From NCBI GenBank assembly GCA_964016885.1, contig OZ024746.1, positions 29,946,001 to 30,010,000 of the forward strand: a stretch of 64,000 nucleotides of DNA. The letters are read 5' to 3'. The notes beneath the pieces are model-generated. The model was not told the DNA's origin. It did no database searches and saw nothing but the letters and a program-made list of their open reading frames with translations. Each line of letters starts with the position of its first letter. Position 1 is the stretch's first letter. The position numbers were made by a program, and so were the translations under genes. Below, piece after piece: positions 16,555-31,244 of the stretch. This DNA comes from Eledone cirrhosa. Lineage: Eukaryota.

Positions 16555-19500
16555 ATACAGAATAAAACAAAGGTTGTTAAATTAAATGCTTCTTTAATCT
16601 CAACAAGTGTCGTGTTATTACATATTCACAATGAACTACGCCGTTGCAATTAATGATTTACATGGTATTAATATTCTAAGTGCATGTCATCGGAAGTCGT
16701 AGAAGAAGAGATTAATTTATCACATCAACAAGAATATAAAGGAACAATTAATGACAGTACAGATGATAAGCAAACTTATAAGTGGCTTTTAGAGCGAAAA
16801 AGGATTGTCACGTATGCGATGTAATAGTCACGTATGCCAGTAATAGTCTTTTTCCACAAGCTTTAGTGATGTGTAATAATACATATATTATATTATATAT
16901 ATGAAATTTAGTTTCTGCTTCAGTATGATGTAATAAGGAATCGAGGCTCTAACCCCACTACGCTTAGATCTACTCTGGGTAATTTAACATGCGGGACATC
17001 CTCCCGTTTCATCTTACTGAGATTGAGATTATATAGGACAGGAAATTATATGATAATACCGTCGATGTTAAGTAATGAACAACTTTCGAATAACTTTAAT
17101 TGGATTGATGAGGACGAATATGATCAAATGAACCACCATTCTAGGGCAAGCTGACCCGTTTGAACAGATTGCAACTCAAACATTTAGGTCAGCCAAATTC
17201 TCGGTGAATCAACGTGATACTATATGAACATTTTATAACTTGTATTATGATATACCCTATAGATAGTATGTATGATGTGACATGCGTTAGTATTATGACA
17301 TATACTTTACAGTTTTTATCTAACTTCATATTTCATTTTATTTTCTATTATATGTCATATAATTTGTAAATTTTGATATTACGTGACCCTATATGAACTC
17401 CATACCAATAGCAACTTCTCTCATTAATTACATACTTATATGGAAACATATAGGGTATGTTTATTTATAATAAGCATCCTTCCGATCTAGCTATGAAATC
17501 AGTTGGATGTATTTTAATGCATAACATATTAGTATTCCTGTCAAACCTTTCAATCTGACGCTTTTTAAATCCATTGGGAGATTAGATACTTTTGCAACTT
17601 CCCAATATACCTTTCTTCATATAAGGTAGTGCCCTAGCTGAGATCACTTAGTTCAATACTGAAATGCTAATCAGTTTCATTCTGATAGAAAACGTTCCAC
17701 AAATTAACTTTAAATAGTTCTATGAAAACTGTTAACTTAGCCACCATTGACATCAAGCTGGATTCCTCACTCTAACATCTGTATATATATCGAATACAGA
17801 GATACCTCAACATCTTTGCATTAACGCCTTATTTGCATAACTGGAAATAATTCCATTCAATGAGAACAGGCTATAAACTTTGAAATGTTAAATGTAGTTA
17901 AATTTAGACTGAGAACGTTGCTTAGATGAACTTTAGATTATTCTATGAAAGCTGGTAATTTAGCCAGCATGCAATCACCAAGTCGTCACGTTACGTCGTA
18001 ATTGTAGTTCCAGTTTTCATCTCATCACTAAATATTGCTGATGTAGTTAAGGTTAATTCACCTTATATTTGACAGCTCACTTGAAAAATGTCGAAGATTC
18101 TAAACATGATGATCATTTATTTTCTAATTTAGTAGCCAGAAATTTGCACCTTTTGTGAGGAAACGCGTGATGTATTTAGTTTTACTTAGCAGACGTATCA
18201 GCACTCGCTGACATACGTAAGTGAATAGATAGAAGCAAGAAGGCAAACTGACATTTACAAGTTGATTCACGCTAATTAAACTCTTGATTAGGCCTCCATT
18301 CTTTGTTACATCAAACATCTCCAATGTATAGTACCGTGATGTGTGACCCGAGGAAATGTTAACACAATATAGCCAGATCAAAAGGAATATCTGATTGGGA
18401 ACAGCTAGTTATAGTATGGCGTAGTGTACGTTTCTTAAGTATTTTTGGCCGTGTCTTAGATTAAATCTCTGGGAATAATTTCTCTTTTCAGGCAATCTTT
18501 CATTCTGTTTAATAGAAGTATGTCTAATCAACTTAACTGCAATGTTCACTATAAATGTATATACACCTTTACAGAGAAAGCGAAGTTTGTAATATCGTAT
18601 TTGGAGAGAGATTTACAGAGTCGATAGCACGATAGACAAAATGACAGGCAGTATTGACATAATGTCCTTTATGTTCCGAGTTCAAATACCGACTGAGTCA
18701 CTTTTGCATTTTATTTTTTCCAGAATCGGTAAAAGAACGCAGTAGGTAAGTACTGGAGTAGAATTAGCAGAATGACTAGATCGTTGAATATGATTAGCGT
18801 GTGGAATGATGATGATGGTGACTGGGGTGGATGAAACAGATTATTGTCTTCGTCTCGGCGAGAAGGCTCAGATTTGTTCGAACGATTTCACCATCCATCT
18901 CGAGCTTGCATAGCAACCTTGATGTCAGCAGGGCAACAACCAGTTTCACACAGAGCTACTTTGTAAAGGGACAAGGACGACCCGTGTATATGTATACTGT
19001 GGTGTCCATAAGAGCATCTCACTAGTGAGTTCTCATTTAGATTGCTGAATGTTTTATTGAATGGTCCACCTCTGAGTATCCACTCTTCGGTATATACAAA
19101 CATATCGATCATACTTCACACCCCAAATCAATCGACATGTTCCTATATTAAAATTTATTTAACAAATTGTTGATGTATGTTGCTTTCGTTCTGTTCTTGT
19201 TTGGGGTTTTTTGTTTTATTTACCAGCACAAGGATCCATTGTTTCGATATGATAATATATTTGTAGAATAAGAACCGATTCTGGCATAAAGAGAGATAAA
19301 TGTCCCTTTGATATAAAGAAATTGGATCACAGATTTGTAGGGATCACGTGTAGTCGATTGAGTTATTCCAGATTATTTCTTCCACCCCTTCATCGTGTCC
19401 ATTTTAAATACCCACTTCACTGTTGTTCATTTGATCAATTCCGAGGAGATGAGAAGAGCACAATGAAAGCCGGAGATATTTTGAAATTAGATCTTAATGG

Positions 19501-20169
19501 CTTGTCGCTAATTACCTCAAATGAATTTCTAACGACACAGGCCCCACCATCACCATGAGCATTACCTTTATCTTATGTTGTAGTTGATACTGATGACATG
19601 GCATCGACAACTAAGGAGTTCTATCAAGGTAATTACTACAGTATGAACAATTGCTGAGTGTTAACATGTGCCTCATTAGCAATGAGATCATATAACAGTT
19701 TCAAGTGGTTCAATATTGTATTTATTATCAGTAACAACAGCATAAGCAATTACACAATCTTCAATATTTCATACAAATGGAACTTCACACACGTGCAAAT
19801 TGTTCGTGTAACATTACTACTCTATATTACACACAGGCCTCTTAAACTAAGGGCAATGTTATTCCTCCCTTTTAGTTACAGTAACATAAAGGTCAGGATG
19901 TTCAGCTCATGATCATACAGTTATGAGATTGATTTCTGGACAAAAGCAAGGGCCATGCCTTTCAGCGTGTAGGTTGAGGTGTCATTGAAGGTTTAGATAC
20001 AAATCGTCGTTTTGCCGTAGTCTGATAAAAAAAAAATGCGCAATCTAGAATTGTCATGTTATCTTCACAAAGTAGTGCGTGAAAACGACGAACTGGGATC
20101 GGAGATCTCACTACCAAAATATAGGAACAATAAAATATTTCAACTCTTGTGGTTAATATTAGTGCTGAT

Positions 20170-20480
20170 GAGGCGCATAACTGAACTGTGAGGTTGTTTC
20201 CTTACAGTTGCATGGTCGTGAGATTGACTGCCGATGGCACGTTCTTTCATTGAGCAAGGCACTTTATTTAGTGTTTCTCCAATCCACTCAGCTGGGAAAT
20301 ATGATTAAAGAAAAACACATTTGTCTCAAACTGTGTCACGTTGAATCTCTCCGAGAACTACGTTATGGTTTCACGTGTCTGCTAAATGTCCAAGCACTAG
20401 AAGGTTAATTTCACGAGTAGGCTGTTCTTTTTATCAAGTAACTAGAACACTCATTATCAGAAGCGATAGAGGTCCAACAC
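20170..20480 (+). mobile_element. tRNA-derived SINE (family B), near full length
   Basis: TTGAGCAAGGCACTTTATTT..TCCACTCAGCTGG..GTGTCACGTTGAATCTC..GAGAACTACGTTA..TTAATTTCACGAGTAGGCTGTTC. Confidence 0.75.
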
Positions 20481-21798
20481 TAGTATTGGTCACATAAATA
20501 AGAGAACATGGTGACTAGTGAGGAACAAACGTCATCCCCTTCCTCGATCTTTATATTTCAAACAGATTAAAGGCAAATCATTTTAATACCAATAATTGAG
20601 TTATCGCTTTTTTGAAAAACTTTACTCTCTCAGTTAAATCTTCGCATGAGACAGCTTTTAAAATTTGATCCACCGACAAATGTTAAATGTGTACGCATCA
20701 GTGAAATGACATCGGTGCATTTAGCTGTGGCTCAACCTAATTACAGGAAGATTTGCACTGAATTACAAATCTCAAATATTTTCCTTAAGCCGAAATAATC
20801 ACTATCGGACATAAATCATTGGGAATAAAATCGTTTATAAAATTCTGAAGAACGTAAGTCAATTTGCTTCTAAGCTTCATAATCTTTTAATGCAATGCTA
20901 ATGTTTGGCGTGGATCAAATCAGCTGGATGTTAATAGGTAGCTTGTAGCTAAATTATAGTATTAATAGCGACAGGAATGTTATAACACAATGTTGACACA
21001 TACCATTATATAGTCTATAAGCTCACTGGAAACAGCATCATGCGATTTGTGTTTATGCTTCTATGACAGATCGTTTGCAGTTCAATTAAATATGATGGCG
21101 GGTGGGGATTTCACTCCTTAATTCTGTTATTTAATACATTGATCGTAAAAGTAAATTTAAACAGTATTAACTTGAGTTATTTTATCAAATTTTCATAGAA
21201 GGCTATCACTGTTGATACAGCTTTTATGTAATTAAATATATAGTTATAAGAAGAATATAATACAAACTTCGATTTTGTTATTAAATATTCAGAGCAGGGT
21301 GGCAATGTTGATATAGCTTCTATCTGGTTACATAAATAATTATAGAAAAGAAATGAAAGCCGGTCAAGAAGTTGACTTTACTATCATTAGGTGGATAGTT
21401 CGACCCCGCGGCCGGGCATCTTGCGCATTTATCATTTATTATAGCCTTGGGTCGACCCAAGCATTTTGAATGGAATTGAATAGACGGAAAATGCCTGGAT
21501 GTTCAATAGATGGGCTGAATGTGTAATTTAAAGGGTAAATATTATCACACTTCGTTGAATACTCACTATTTGAATGTTAATTACTTAAGCAAGCTATTAC
21601 CTTGATCGAAAAAGTAGAACACTCATCGTCGAAACTAGAGAAGTTCCATTCTATTCTCATACAATGTTCAACGACAAATGTTAGGGACATTGATTAACAT
21701 TGCTACACTATTTCAATTTAGAATCGATCTTGTATATAAACACTCAACCACACACACGCATGCATACACACGCGTCCACATATATGTATGTATACATT

Positions 21799-21879
<81 letters not shown>

Positions 21880-22920
21880 GTGTGTGTGTCTGTGTGTGCG
21901 TGTGTGTACCTATGCGTGCATACAGGCACACACACATATATATGTACGCATTTATAGAAAAACATATACATACACATATTTACAGGCCTATATGCATGCG
22001 TACACGTATACGTACAGGCCTGCATACGCACATATAGACGAGCAGCCACGCAAACAGACACGGACACATACACATGTAAAAACACAACTATACAAACATA
22101 CACAAATATATACGCACAAACATTTACCTCAGGCAAGAATTTTCATTAACACTAATGATTTTTTTCTCTCCATTACGGCTGTAATAAAAATTGATTAAAA
22201 CATTTTTGTTACTCATGACATTAAATATATTGGAATACATTTAAGTAGCTGTTATTCATGCAGAAGACATCCCCAGGAAATTTTCCTATGTCATCATTTA
22301 AAATTAACTAACTATTTAATGTTTTCTTTTTTTTCTGTTTTTATTTTATTTATTTTCTTATTTTCAGTTATTCTAAGTACGAGTAAAACTATGACAAATA
22401 TTTTCCGAGTTCAAACTCTAACCAACTCCCAACTGCATCTGCCAATTCAATTTCCAATCAATTCGCAGTTATCCCCCTTGTTATTTTCTGAATGTTTTAT
22501 TCGAGTTGTAAACAAATTGTTACCTCAATACATAAACAACGCTTAACCTCCACTGGGAGAATCTCTTCTCTCAAATGTTGGGGTTTAGAGAGCTCGATAC
22601 AGATCCAGGAATGTTATTGTGAGATAATACAAAGGCCTGACGGTCAATGGTTTTAAGGGATGACATGAACAACATAAAAACTTTCAGATGCAATGACTGG
22701 GAAATCTCCTTTTCCCCGGAACTCAGAAATTAAACCATCCAACAACCTTATCATTACAACATATGCCCACGGCTAAATGGAAAACTGTGTACAATGAAAG
22801 GGATTTTCAGTGGAGCCACAAGAAGAGTGTTCTGTTGAAATGAGATCAGTATTAAGGCTAAAAAAATGTAGGAAGATTTTTCAATAACTGGAGAAGGGAT
22901 AAGAAAAATCTCTTAAATAA

Positions 22921-23127
22921 TGATTTCTAATTTAGGCACAAGGCCAGCAATTGGGGGGGTAAAACTCGATTAAATCGATCCCAATGCATTACTGGTAATT
23001 TATTTTATCGACCCTGTAAGGATGAAAGGCAAAGCTAACCTCGGCGAGATTTGAATTCTGAATGTAAAGGGCCGTAACTCTAAGCCACAAAGCATGTTGT
23101 CCGACACTCTACCGATACTGTTAATCC
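22921..23127 (-). mobile_element. Family A SINE
   Basis: Homologous over its full length to 147-331. Confidence 0.85.
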
Positions 23128-23344
23128 AATGATAGTTCACTAAGCAGAGACTATAACAAAAGTTTGTAAAACCATATATGCTTATAACCTCGATTATATC
23201 AAGTAATATACAGTGATCGAAAAACACATTAAATATCTGCTCCTGAAAATTAGGAGATTCGTGGACCAACGCCACTAACAATGACTGGTGTACTACAGCT
23301 CATTAGCTACTTATGATCTACTAGATATGAGAGGATACGTGTTC

Positions 23345-24385
23345 AAGTTGTTGGATTAACCGTCAAGCCTGCTTGCGAAATTAAAGAACTTCCATAGATA
23401 CATGTATACTTAATATAATTCGTTGAGATTCTGCGTAACACAAGTGTGACAAGTCTAACTCTTTGACGTCCAGGAGACATAATGTGAATTTAGCTAAAAG
23501 CAACAAGAAATAAAGAGTTTTGCTCAAGGACATATCGAGCCGCTGGGAATCGAACTCATAACCTTGCGATAATGAACCGAACAACATAATCAAAAGTCCA
23601 CGTGATATGTGGTAGAAAATCAAATTCCAGCTCACATTTAATGTAGATGTTCAAGCCCACCTCATACAATTACATATACTTAGGGGGGGGGAATCTATTT
23701 AAACGCGACTTTTGAAGAAAGAACCTCCACATAAGTATTGTTATCAGTGATTGTGATCAGTTTACTAACGAACACCTGGCACAAATCGAATCTTCCGCAC
23801 TTGGAATTGTTATTGTGTAACAACAAATAGTAGGTGCGTCTCTGATATATCTATAAGATATGAAATCACATACAATATGGTGTTGTCTGTTTTCAACATG
23901 TTTCTGACAATCTATGGCTAAACATCAAAGGAGTGTATATTTAATAGAGCTTTTATGTATTTAGAAACTATGATATTATTGATATGGAACACCTGATCAG
24001 TGTATCATATGTCTACTCCCAACATATGATACACATATGATACACAATTAGTTGGCCGATTGACAAAACACCAACCACACAAATACCGTAAATATATCTT
24101 GCCTCTCCTAGTGGTTAGCATTTTCGGCCACATCTGTCTCTGGCTGCAACTTGTGTTCTTGAGCAAGAAACTTTATTTTACGTTGGTCCAGTCAATCTGC
24201 AAAAACAAGTTGTGACTGTAATTCAAAGATCCAGCCTTATCACGCTCATTGTATGTACTGGATCTCGCTGAGTACTACAGTAAAGGCGTTTGTGTCTGAG
24301 GAATGCTTAACAACTTGCAATAAATTTCATGAGCAAGCTGTAGCTTTGATCGTATCGGCAGGGACACACATCTTCGCAACTAACA
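23345..24385. mobile_element. Two decayed family B SINEs (about 23345-23590 minus; 24105-24385 plus)
   Basis: TGCTCAAGGACA..GGGAATCGAACTCA (B-box, minus strand) and TTCTTGAGCAAGAAACTTTATTT (plus strand). Confidence 0.6.
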
Positions 24386-24467
24386 GTCTTCCAAGCCATA
24401 CACACGTTACATCCAAGGTGGTGTTCCAGCTCACGGTGCTCTGATTTTAAATCTTACAGAAGGAAGG

Positions 24468-24498
<31 letters not shown>

Positions 24499-24525
24499 GT
24501 AAGTAAAGTAAGTAAAGTAAGTAAG

Positions 24526-25304
24526 TAAGCTGTTTAAATGCGCGTGGCCTGGGCTCAACTTGGAAGCAAGCAATGCTTCTAAATGACCTCAGGTCACAAC
24601 GTATAGATGTGATGGTTATTTGCGAGGCCCGGATCAGCAACGTGCGACAGCTGGCCCCCACCTTTGATGACTTTGAGATGCACGCATCTCTCTGTCAGGC
24701 CGGAGGTGGGGGTGGGGTTGTCGTTCTGCTGCAAAAACATCTGGGTCTCGCAACACAGATGGTACATTTGGACCCGGAGGGTCGACTAGTGGTTCTGGAC
24801 CTTGGCAGTGGTAAAGGCGGAGTGTTTAGGTTAGTAGCCGCCTACGGCCCTTTCGGGTCAATGCGGCCGGACTTCTTCCATCGTCTGGAGACTTTTCTAG
24901 GGACGTCCCGCTCCTTGCTATTAGTGAGGGACTGGAATGGTATCCTAGATGCACGCTGGGACTACGTAGGGGCCCGTCCCGATAGAGAGGGGTGTAATAG
25001 CCTCAAAGGGTTAATCGGTCGATTTGACCTGGCCGATAGATACCGACTAGATTTTCCGACTGCGCCAACCTGGACTTGGGCAAATCGTAGCGGATCATCT
25101 AGGTCGTACCTAGATAGGTTCTTAGTTAGAATTAAGGATAAGAACTTTATAAGTTGTCCAAAAATGCGCATGGTTGGCTATTCAGACCACAAGTTACTGA
25201 CCTGCATGGTCAACCTTGACAGAACTCATAGACAGGCACCCGGTTACTGGAAGCTCAACTTGTCCTTACCGGCAAGTAAGGCTTACAGGGACCGGATTAG
25301 CACT

Positions 25305-25307
<3 letters not shown>
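24526..25307 (+). mobile_element. L1/Tx1-clade LINE ORF2 AP-endonuclease domain fragment, open frame, bounded by (TAAG)n
   Basis: VSCLNARGL, ICEAR, GGGVVVLL, GRLV, AYGP, RDWN (GDWN-like), TWTW, SYLDRFLV, SDHK and WKLN motifs in ORF 24573-25307 and its in-frame upstream codons. Confidence 0.92.
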
Positions 25308-25346
<39 letters not shown>

Positions 25347-25392
25347 TGTATGTATGTATGTATGTATGTATGTATGTATGTATGTATGTATG

Positions 25393-26085
25393 TTCTTCTG
25401 GTTTTATAATTACACAAAGTTTTACCAATAGAGAGAGAGTCGGTTTCTAACATTGACACAAGACTCTCTCATTGGAATTTACACAGCATCAACTAGGTAG
25501 ATATATATATATGCATGCATGTGTAGATATGGATGTTATTGTATGTGTGGATGTGTATCTTTTGAGTTGTATGTGTGCATGTGTATATGCTTTGTATCTG
25601 TACATGTGTATATGCAGTTATTAGAAGCAAAATTTTTGGAATGTTTTACATATTTTTACTGTTCCATTAATGGATTGTACTTGTAATTTCCTAACTAGTT
25701 GCGTTCTTTCTGTTCCTGTGAAGCCTAGCTTCTCAAGATTTGGATTGAAGCAGTTACTAACATATCCCAGTGCCCCAATAATCACAGGCATAAATCTGAA
25801 TGTGTAATCAGGGTGGAGTATCTGCAGATTTCTCATCAGTTCTGCATAAATATTCTCCTTTTCACTAATCTTTGATATTATATTGGCATCTGCTGGGCAG
25901 CTAATTTCCACTACTGTGCATGTTTTCTTCTCCCTGTCCCATATCATAATATCTGGTCTGTTATGCCTGCATTTTATTGGGGTTTTTACTGGAACATTCC
26001 ACCAGTACTCTTTCATATTATGTACATGGATGTCTTCCACATTGTTGTAGCTTTTAATGTGTTTATTATTGGGGCTATCTTTGTT
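25393..26085 (-). mobile_element. 5'-truncated RLE-type LINE (R4/Dong-like): endonuclease C-terminus plus 3' UTR, inserted in (CATA)n
   Basis: ORF 25621-26040 has YWWNVPVKT, HNRPDIMIWD, VVEISCP, KENIY and PVIIGALG; (ATGT)n on both sides. Confidence 0.9.
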
Positions 26086-26147
26086 GTATGTATGTATGTA
26101 TGTATGTATGTATGTATGTATGTATGTATGTATGTATGTATGTGTAT

Positions 26148-26756
26148 GTCAGGTCACCAGTTGGTGCTACTGGTAACATGTATCCCAGTACAACCTGTCT
26201 CATGGTCGGGTCGTTGGCGACTAAACTGGCAACCCCACCAAGGTTTCTTGGTGAGGATGGTGACTTTAGACACCCTGCAGGACTAAAAACAAAACCTGTC
26301 AAAAGGGCAAAGGAGCTCTTAAGAGTCAATGGTCATCCAAAATCACCGGGAGAGATGACCCCTTAGCCTTTGTCAAGGCAGAATTCTAGGAGAAGGAAAA
26401 CTCTGATATAACACCTGCAACCCTGATGGTATCCAATGATGTTGACTTGTTATTCTTTTTGGTAAATATCATCTTGGTTAAGAGAGTGGGACTGGCTTTG
26501 TGCAGTGCCTTTGCTCACTATAATAGCTTCACGGCACAAGCATTGCTTTATATCTGGAGATCTCTCTGCACTTGTCGTCACATGGTACCATGGGCCCAGC
26601 ACTATGTGTCAGTAATTGTCACAAGTGTAGTGTTTGTACCAGAGTTTTCAAGTCGTTGGCTGGACTAGAAAGTCACACTCGTTCAGCGCATCGGTAGGGG
26701 TTCTCCTACATGGATATAAAGTAGTGGCCGTACTCGAAAACGAGTTGGCAGCCACC
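26148..26756 (+). mobile_element. Non-autonomous bipartite LINE derivative (RTE-like 5' module, 3' hairpin, (ATGT)n tail)
   Basis: CTAGGAGAAGGAAAACTCTGA module; 3' hairpin GTGGCCGTACTCG-AAAA-CGAGTTGGCAGCCAC then (ATGT)n; the 3' ~247 bp recur at 45517-45763. Confidence 0.6.
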
Positions 26757-27853
26757 ATGTATGTATGTATGTATGTATTAAGTCTGCAGTGCAGAATCCG
26801 GAGAGACCACAAATCTGTGCAGTACTCAGTGCATGCGAAAGAGCAGAATGGGTATAAAGGAGGGTATAAACCTGACCGCGATGCCTAGTGGTTTTGGGTT
26901 TTATGTAGCAAGCCTACACAATGGTATACACTTGAAAAGGCTTGATACATAGAACTTATATGTATATATATTTATAGTGAGAAAGAATGCTATATACATA
27001 TTTAAATTCATATATTTATGTGTGTGATTGTGTTTAATATGAATATCTGTATAAGTTATGTGTGTATGTTCAGATGCGCGTTTGTATGTGCGGGCTTATT
27101 TGTGATATTCTTTGTGAAGAAATGTTGGAAACTGTCAATGTTTGTATTTCTTTAACACTATCAAATGTTCTCACTTTCTGATTTTGTCACATTTTATTTT
27201 TCTTCCTAATACAATTCCCTCCCCCCCCTCTCTCTCTCTCTCTTTCTCTCTCTTCCCCTCTCTCTTTCTCTCAGTCACTCTCACTATAAACATATATATA
27301 CATATAAATATATGTGTGTGTGTGTATAAATATATTTATATATATATATGTGTGTGTGTATAAATATATGTATATATATATGTGTGTGTGTGTGTATAAA
27401 TATATTTATATATATATATATATATACGTGTGTGTGTATGTGTTTGTTTGAGTGTGTATTTGCACATTTATCTATCTCTTTACCTACCAATCTATATATC
27501 TTTCTATTATAGTTTTTTTGTTTTTTTACATAAACTCATGTATATGCTCTTATATTCTTCAACACACGTACTCGCCCTCTCTCTATAAATATTTCTGTCT
27601 TTCGTCTTTCTCTCCCTTTCTATTTATCTTTCTAACAAACATACGGTTTCGTTATAACTTGTTTACACAATTGACACGGTTCATAAAATGGTTCTTTTTT
27701 TCCTCTTTCTTTCCAGCCATAAACTGAATGTAATTAAAGTTTGTTTACAGCTTCTGAGAATGAACAATATCCTCAAGATTTGGCACATTATAAATTTCGT
27801 TAAATTTTTAAGAGGAGTCTAAATCAACATATTTAAAACTATATACATATATT

Positions 27854-27952
<99 letters not shown>

Positions 27953-27979
27953 ATACATATATATACATATATACATGTA

Positions 27980-28048
<69 letters not shown>

Positions 28049-28444
28049 CTGTGTGTGTGTGTGTGAGTGTGTGTTTTTTTGTTGCATGCAAAAACATGAT
28101 ACGATAGGTTCGTTTCAAAGTTTACAACATATGTCGCTGCTTTTCAAATATTAACGAACGGCGAATTCTTTTGTGATTCAGAAAAAGAAGTGATATACAT
28201 GTAATTCTTAGAAACATGTGTTAATTTTGAATTCCAGTTTAAACATCTCATGGAAATGCTTCTTTCGTTAGGGATATATTCTTATAAGAGTTCTGTTTGA
28301 TATATGGCAATAGCAAGACAGAATGACGCAGGTATCGGTTGAGTGGGAAATCCTGGAACAAGAATTCATAGAATGGGCAATTAAAAGTGATATAATGCTA
28401 GAAGGCAATGATACATTCTACATATTCTGCATTCATGCATACAT

Positions 28445-28545
<101 letters not shown>

Positions 28546-29495
28546 TATAATTATATATATTTAGATGTATATAAAGAACAATATCAATGACATTTGCGTT
28601 GAACCTAACATTACACACGGCATTATAAACTTTTACCATGGCATGCCCTACGTTACGTATTATTTCGACAGCTTTATTATTAGTAATAGTATTGTTGTTT
28701 TTATTGTTGATAATGGTGGAAATGGCGGTGTTGGTGGTGCTGCTGCTACTTTAGTTTAAGATATATTTTTTTCGGTGTGGAATTTTCAGTAAAGAAGAAT
28801 TTATTTTAATTTTATGATGATTTTTTTTTCTTCTCAATAGCAATTTTCTTTCATTCTTACCAACAGAATATTGGCATAAGCAGTTCTCAGTATAACCCAT
28901 TGTATTTTGGTTTTCTTTTTTCCAGTTGCAATATCAACTTATGAGAAAATAAACACCTTTCGTTATCTTAGTGTTTATAGGTTCTTATCTGTTTTTATAT
29001 TCAATTACATGTTAGTTTCATGGGAGCCTAGTCGTAGTGCAATGTGGTCGACATAAGCTTTGTTATGATAATGTAATCACAAGGTTCTGAGTTCGACCTT
29101 ACTACGCAGAAAGGTTATTCAGACATAGGCTTAGATTTAACAATGCCTTACAAGCTGATTTGGTAGGTTGAAACTGTGCCGAAGTCCGTTGAATATGTAT
29201 ATCATGAGTACATAAACGATAGTTCGCTATCGAGTACAGCTATCCTCTGGGCCAGTTCACCCTTCTCTTCAAAATGCAGTGTCTCCCTTTGAAGTTTCTC
29301 CCGATAATAAAGACAATCACTAATAAGGCAAGAGGAAGAACCCTTCACTCAGAATTCGACAGGTTAATAGCACTAAACGCACCGACACACACACATTCAG
29401 GCACACAGACACAGGAACACAGACGCAGGAACACAAACACAGGAACACGGACACAGGAACACGGACACAAGCACAGAAAGACACAAGCACAGAAA

Positions 29496-29584
<89 letters not shown>

Positions 29585-30079
29585 CATTAACAGAGAAAGC
29601 TTAAAGCGATACTCTGACTAAATCCATCTCACTCAACAAACATTAGGATATACCTAAGTATAATCCCAATTAAGTGTTTGGGGTGCTAACTATGTAGTAT
29701 TCCGTGGATAGCTGGTTGTATTATTTTATATGAGACATAATTAAATATATCTCTCTTTCCTTCCATACGATCGTTTCGTTATAAGATTTCTACAAGTTGG
29801 GATAAATAATGTCCAAGTTATGTAGACACTTGCATATAATCCATAGATATACACAAAAGCGGGCCCTTCTATCTCATCAGTGGATGCCCATGCAATATCG
29901 ATATAAAAAATTACATCGATATTAATAATCAGTGATGGTCTCCGTCAGTGCTAGAAGGACAGCTAAGTTTGAAAATCCAGTAGTCCTTCAGAAAGAAAAT
30001 TCACACACCCCTAAAAGGAAAGAGGAGGTCATCGTAAAACATAAAATAATATACACGCTCGTCATTGAAGCCTGTTAGG

Positions 30080-30661
<582 letters not shown>

Positions 30662-30735
30662 GTTATAATAAATGTGAAGACTAAAATACGAAGAGGGCTC
30701 GATAAGGGTTATATATATATAAGCCCGTAGAGCAA

Positions 30736-30854
30736 ATATTTATTATAAGAACAAATTAAAGTTTAAGCAAAGAATCGTTGCTTTCACCCTTAACGGTTAA
30801 GGGTGAAAGCAGCGATTATTTGCTTAAACTTTAATCTGTTCTCATAATAAATAT
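30736..30854. repeat. ~119-bp palindrome made from the family also present at 48057-48123 and 50644-50710
   Basis: ..GCTTTCACCCTTAAC-g-GTTAAGGGTGAAAGC.. with arms of ~59 bp. Confidence 0.85.
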
Positions 30855-31244
30855 ATATATATATATACCTATAATAAGAAAAAAAGGAAAAGACAGTAGA
30901 AAATGCTAAAGGGAATTTCTCTCAGAATAACAGCAAAACATTTATTTACGAAACAGGAATTTCCGCATTATTCGTACCGGTTTCAGATTATAGGCTTCTT
31001 CATGCGACGGAAGTGTAAAATTACATATTAATAAGAAATGGGAAAAAAAAATGTTTACATACATATATATAAGAAAAAAGTTCACATTTCTCTCTGTAGT
31101 TTTTTGTCTTTCTCTCTTGTTGACCTTAGCTGTTTCACCATTAAAGACTATTATTAATTCCTTAAATCCTGTAGTGAAAGCATGGTACATACTATAAATT
31201 ATACACGATTGCGAGTGATGGCAGTATTATTATAGGTATGTATG

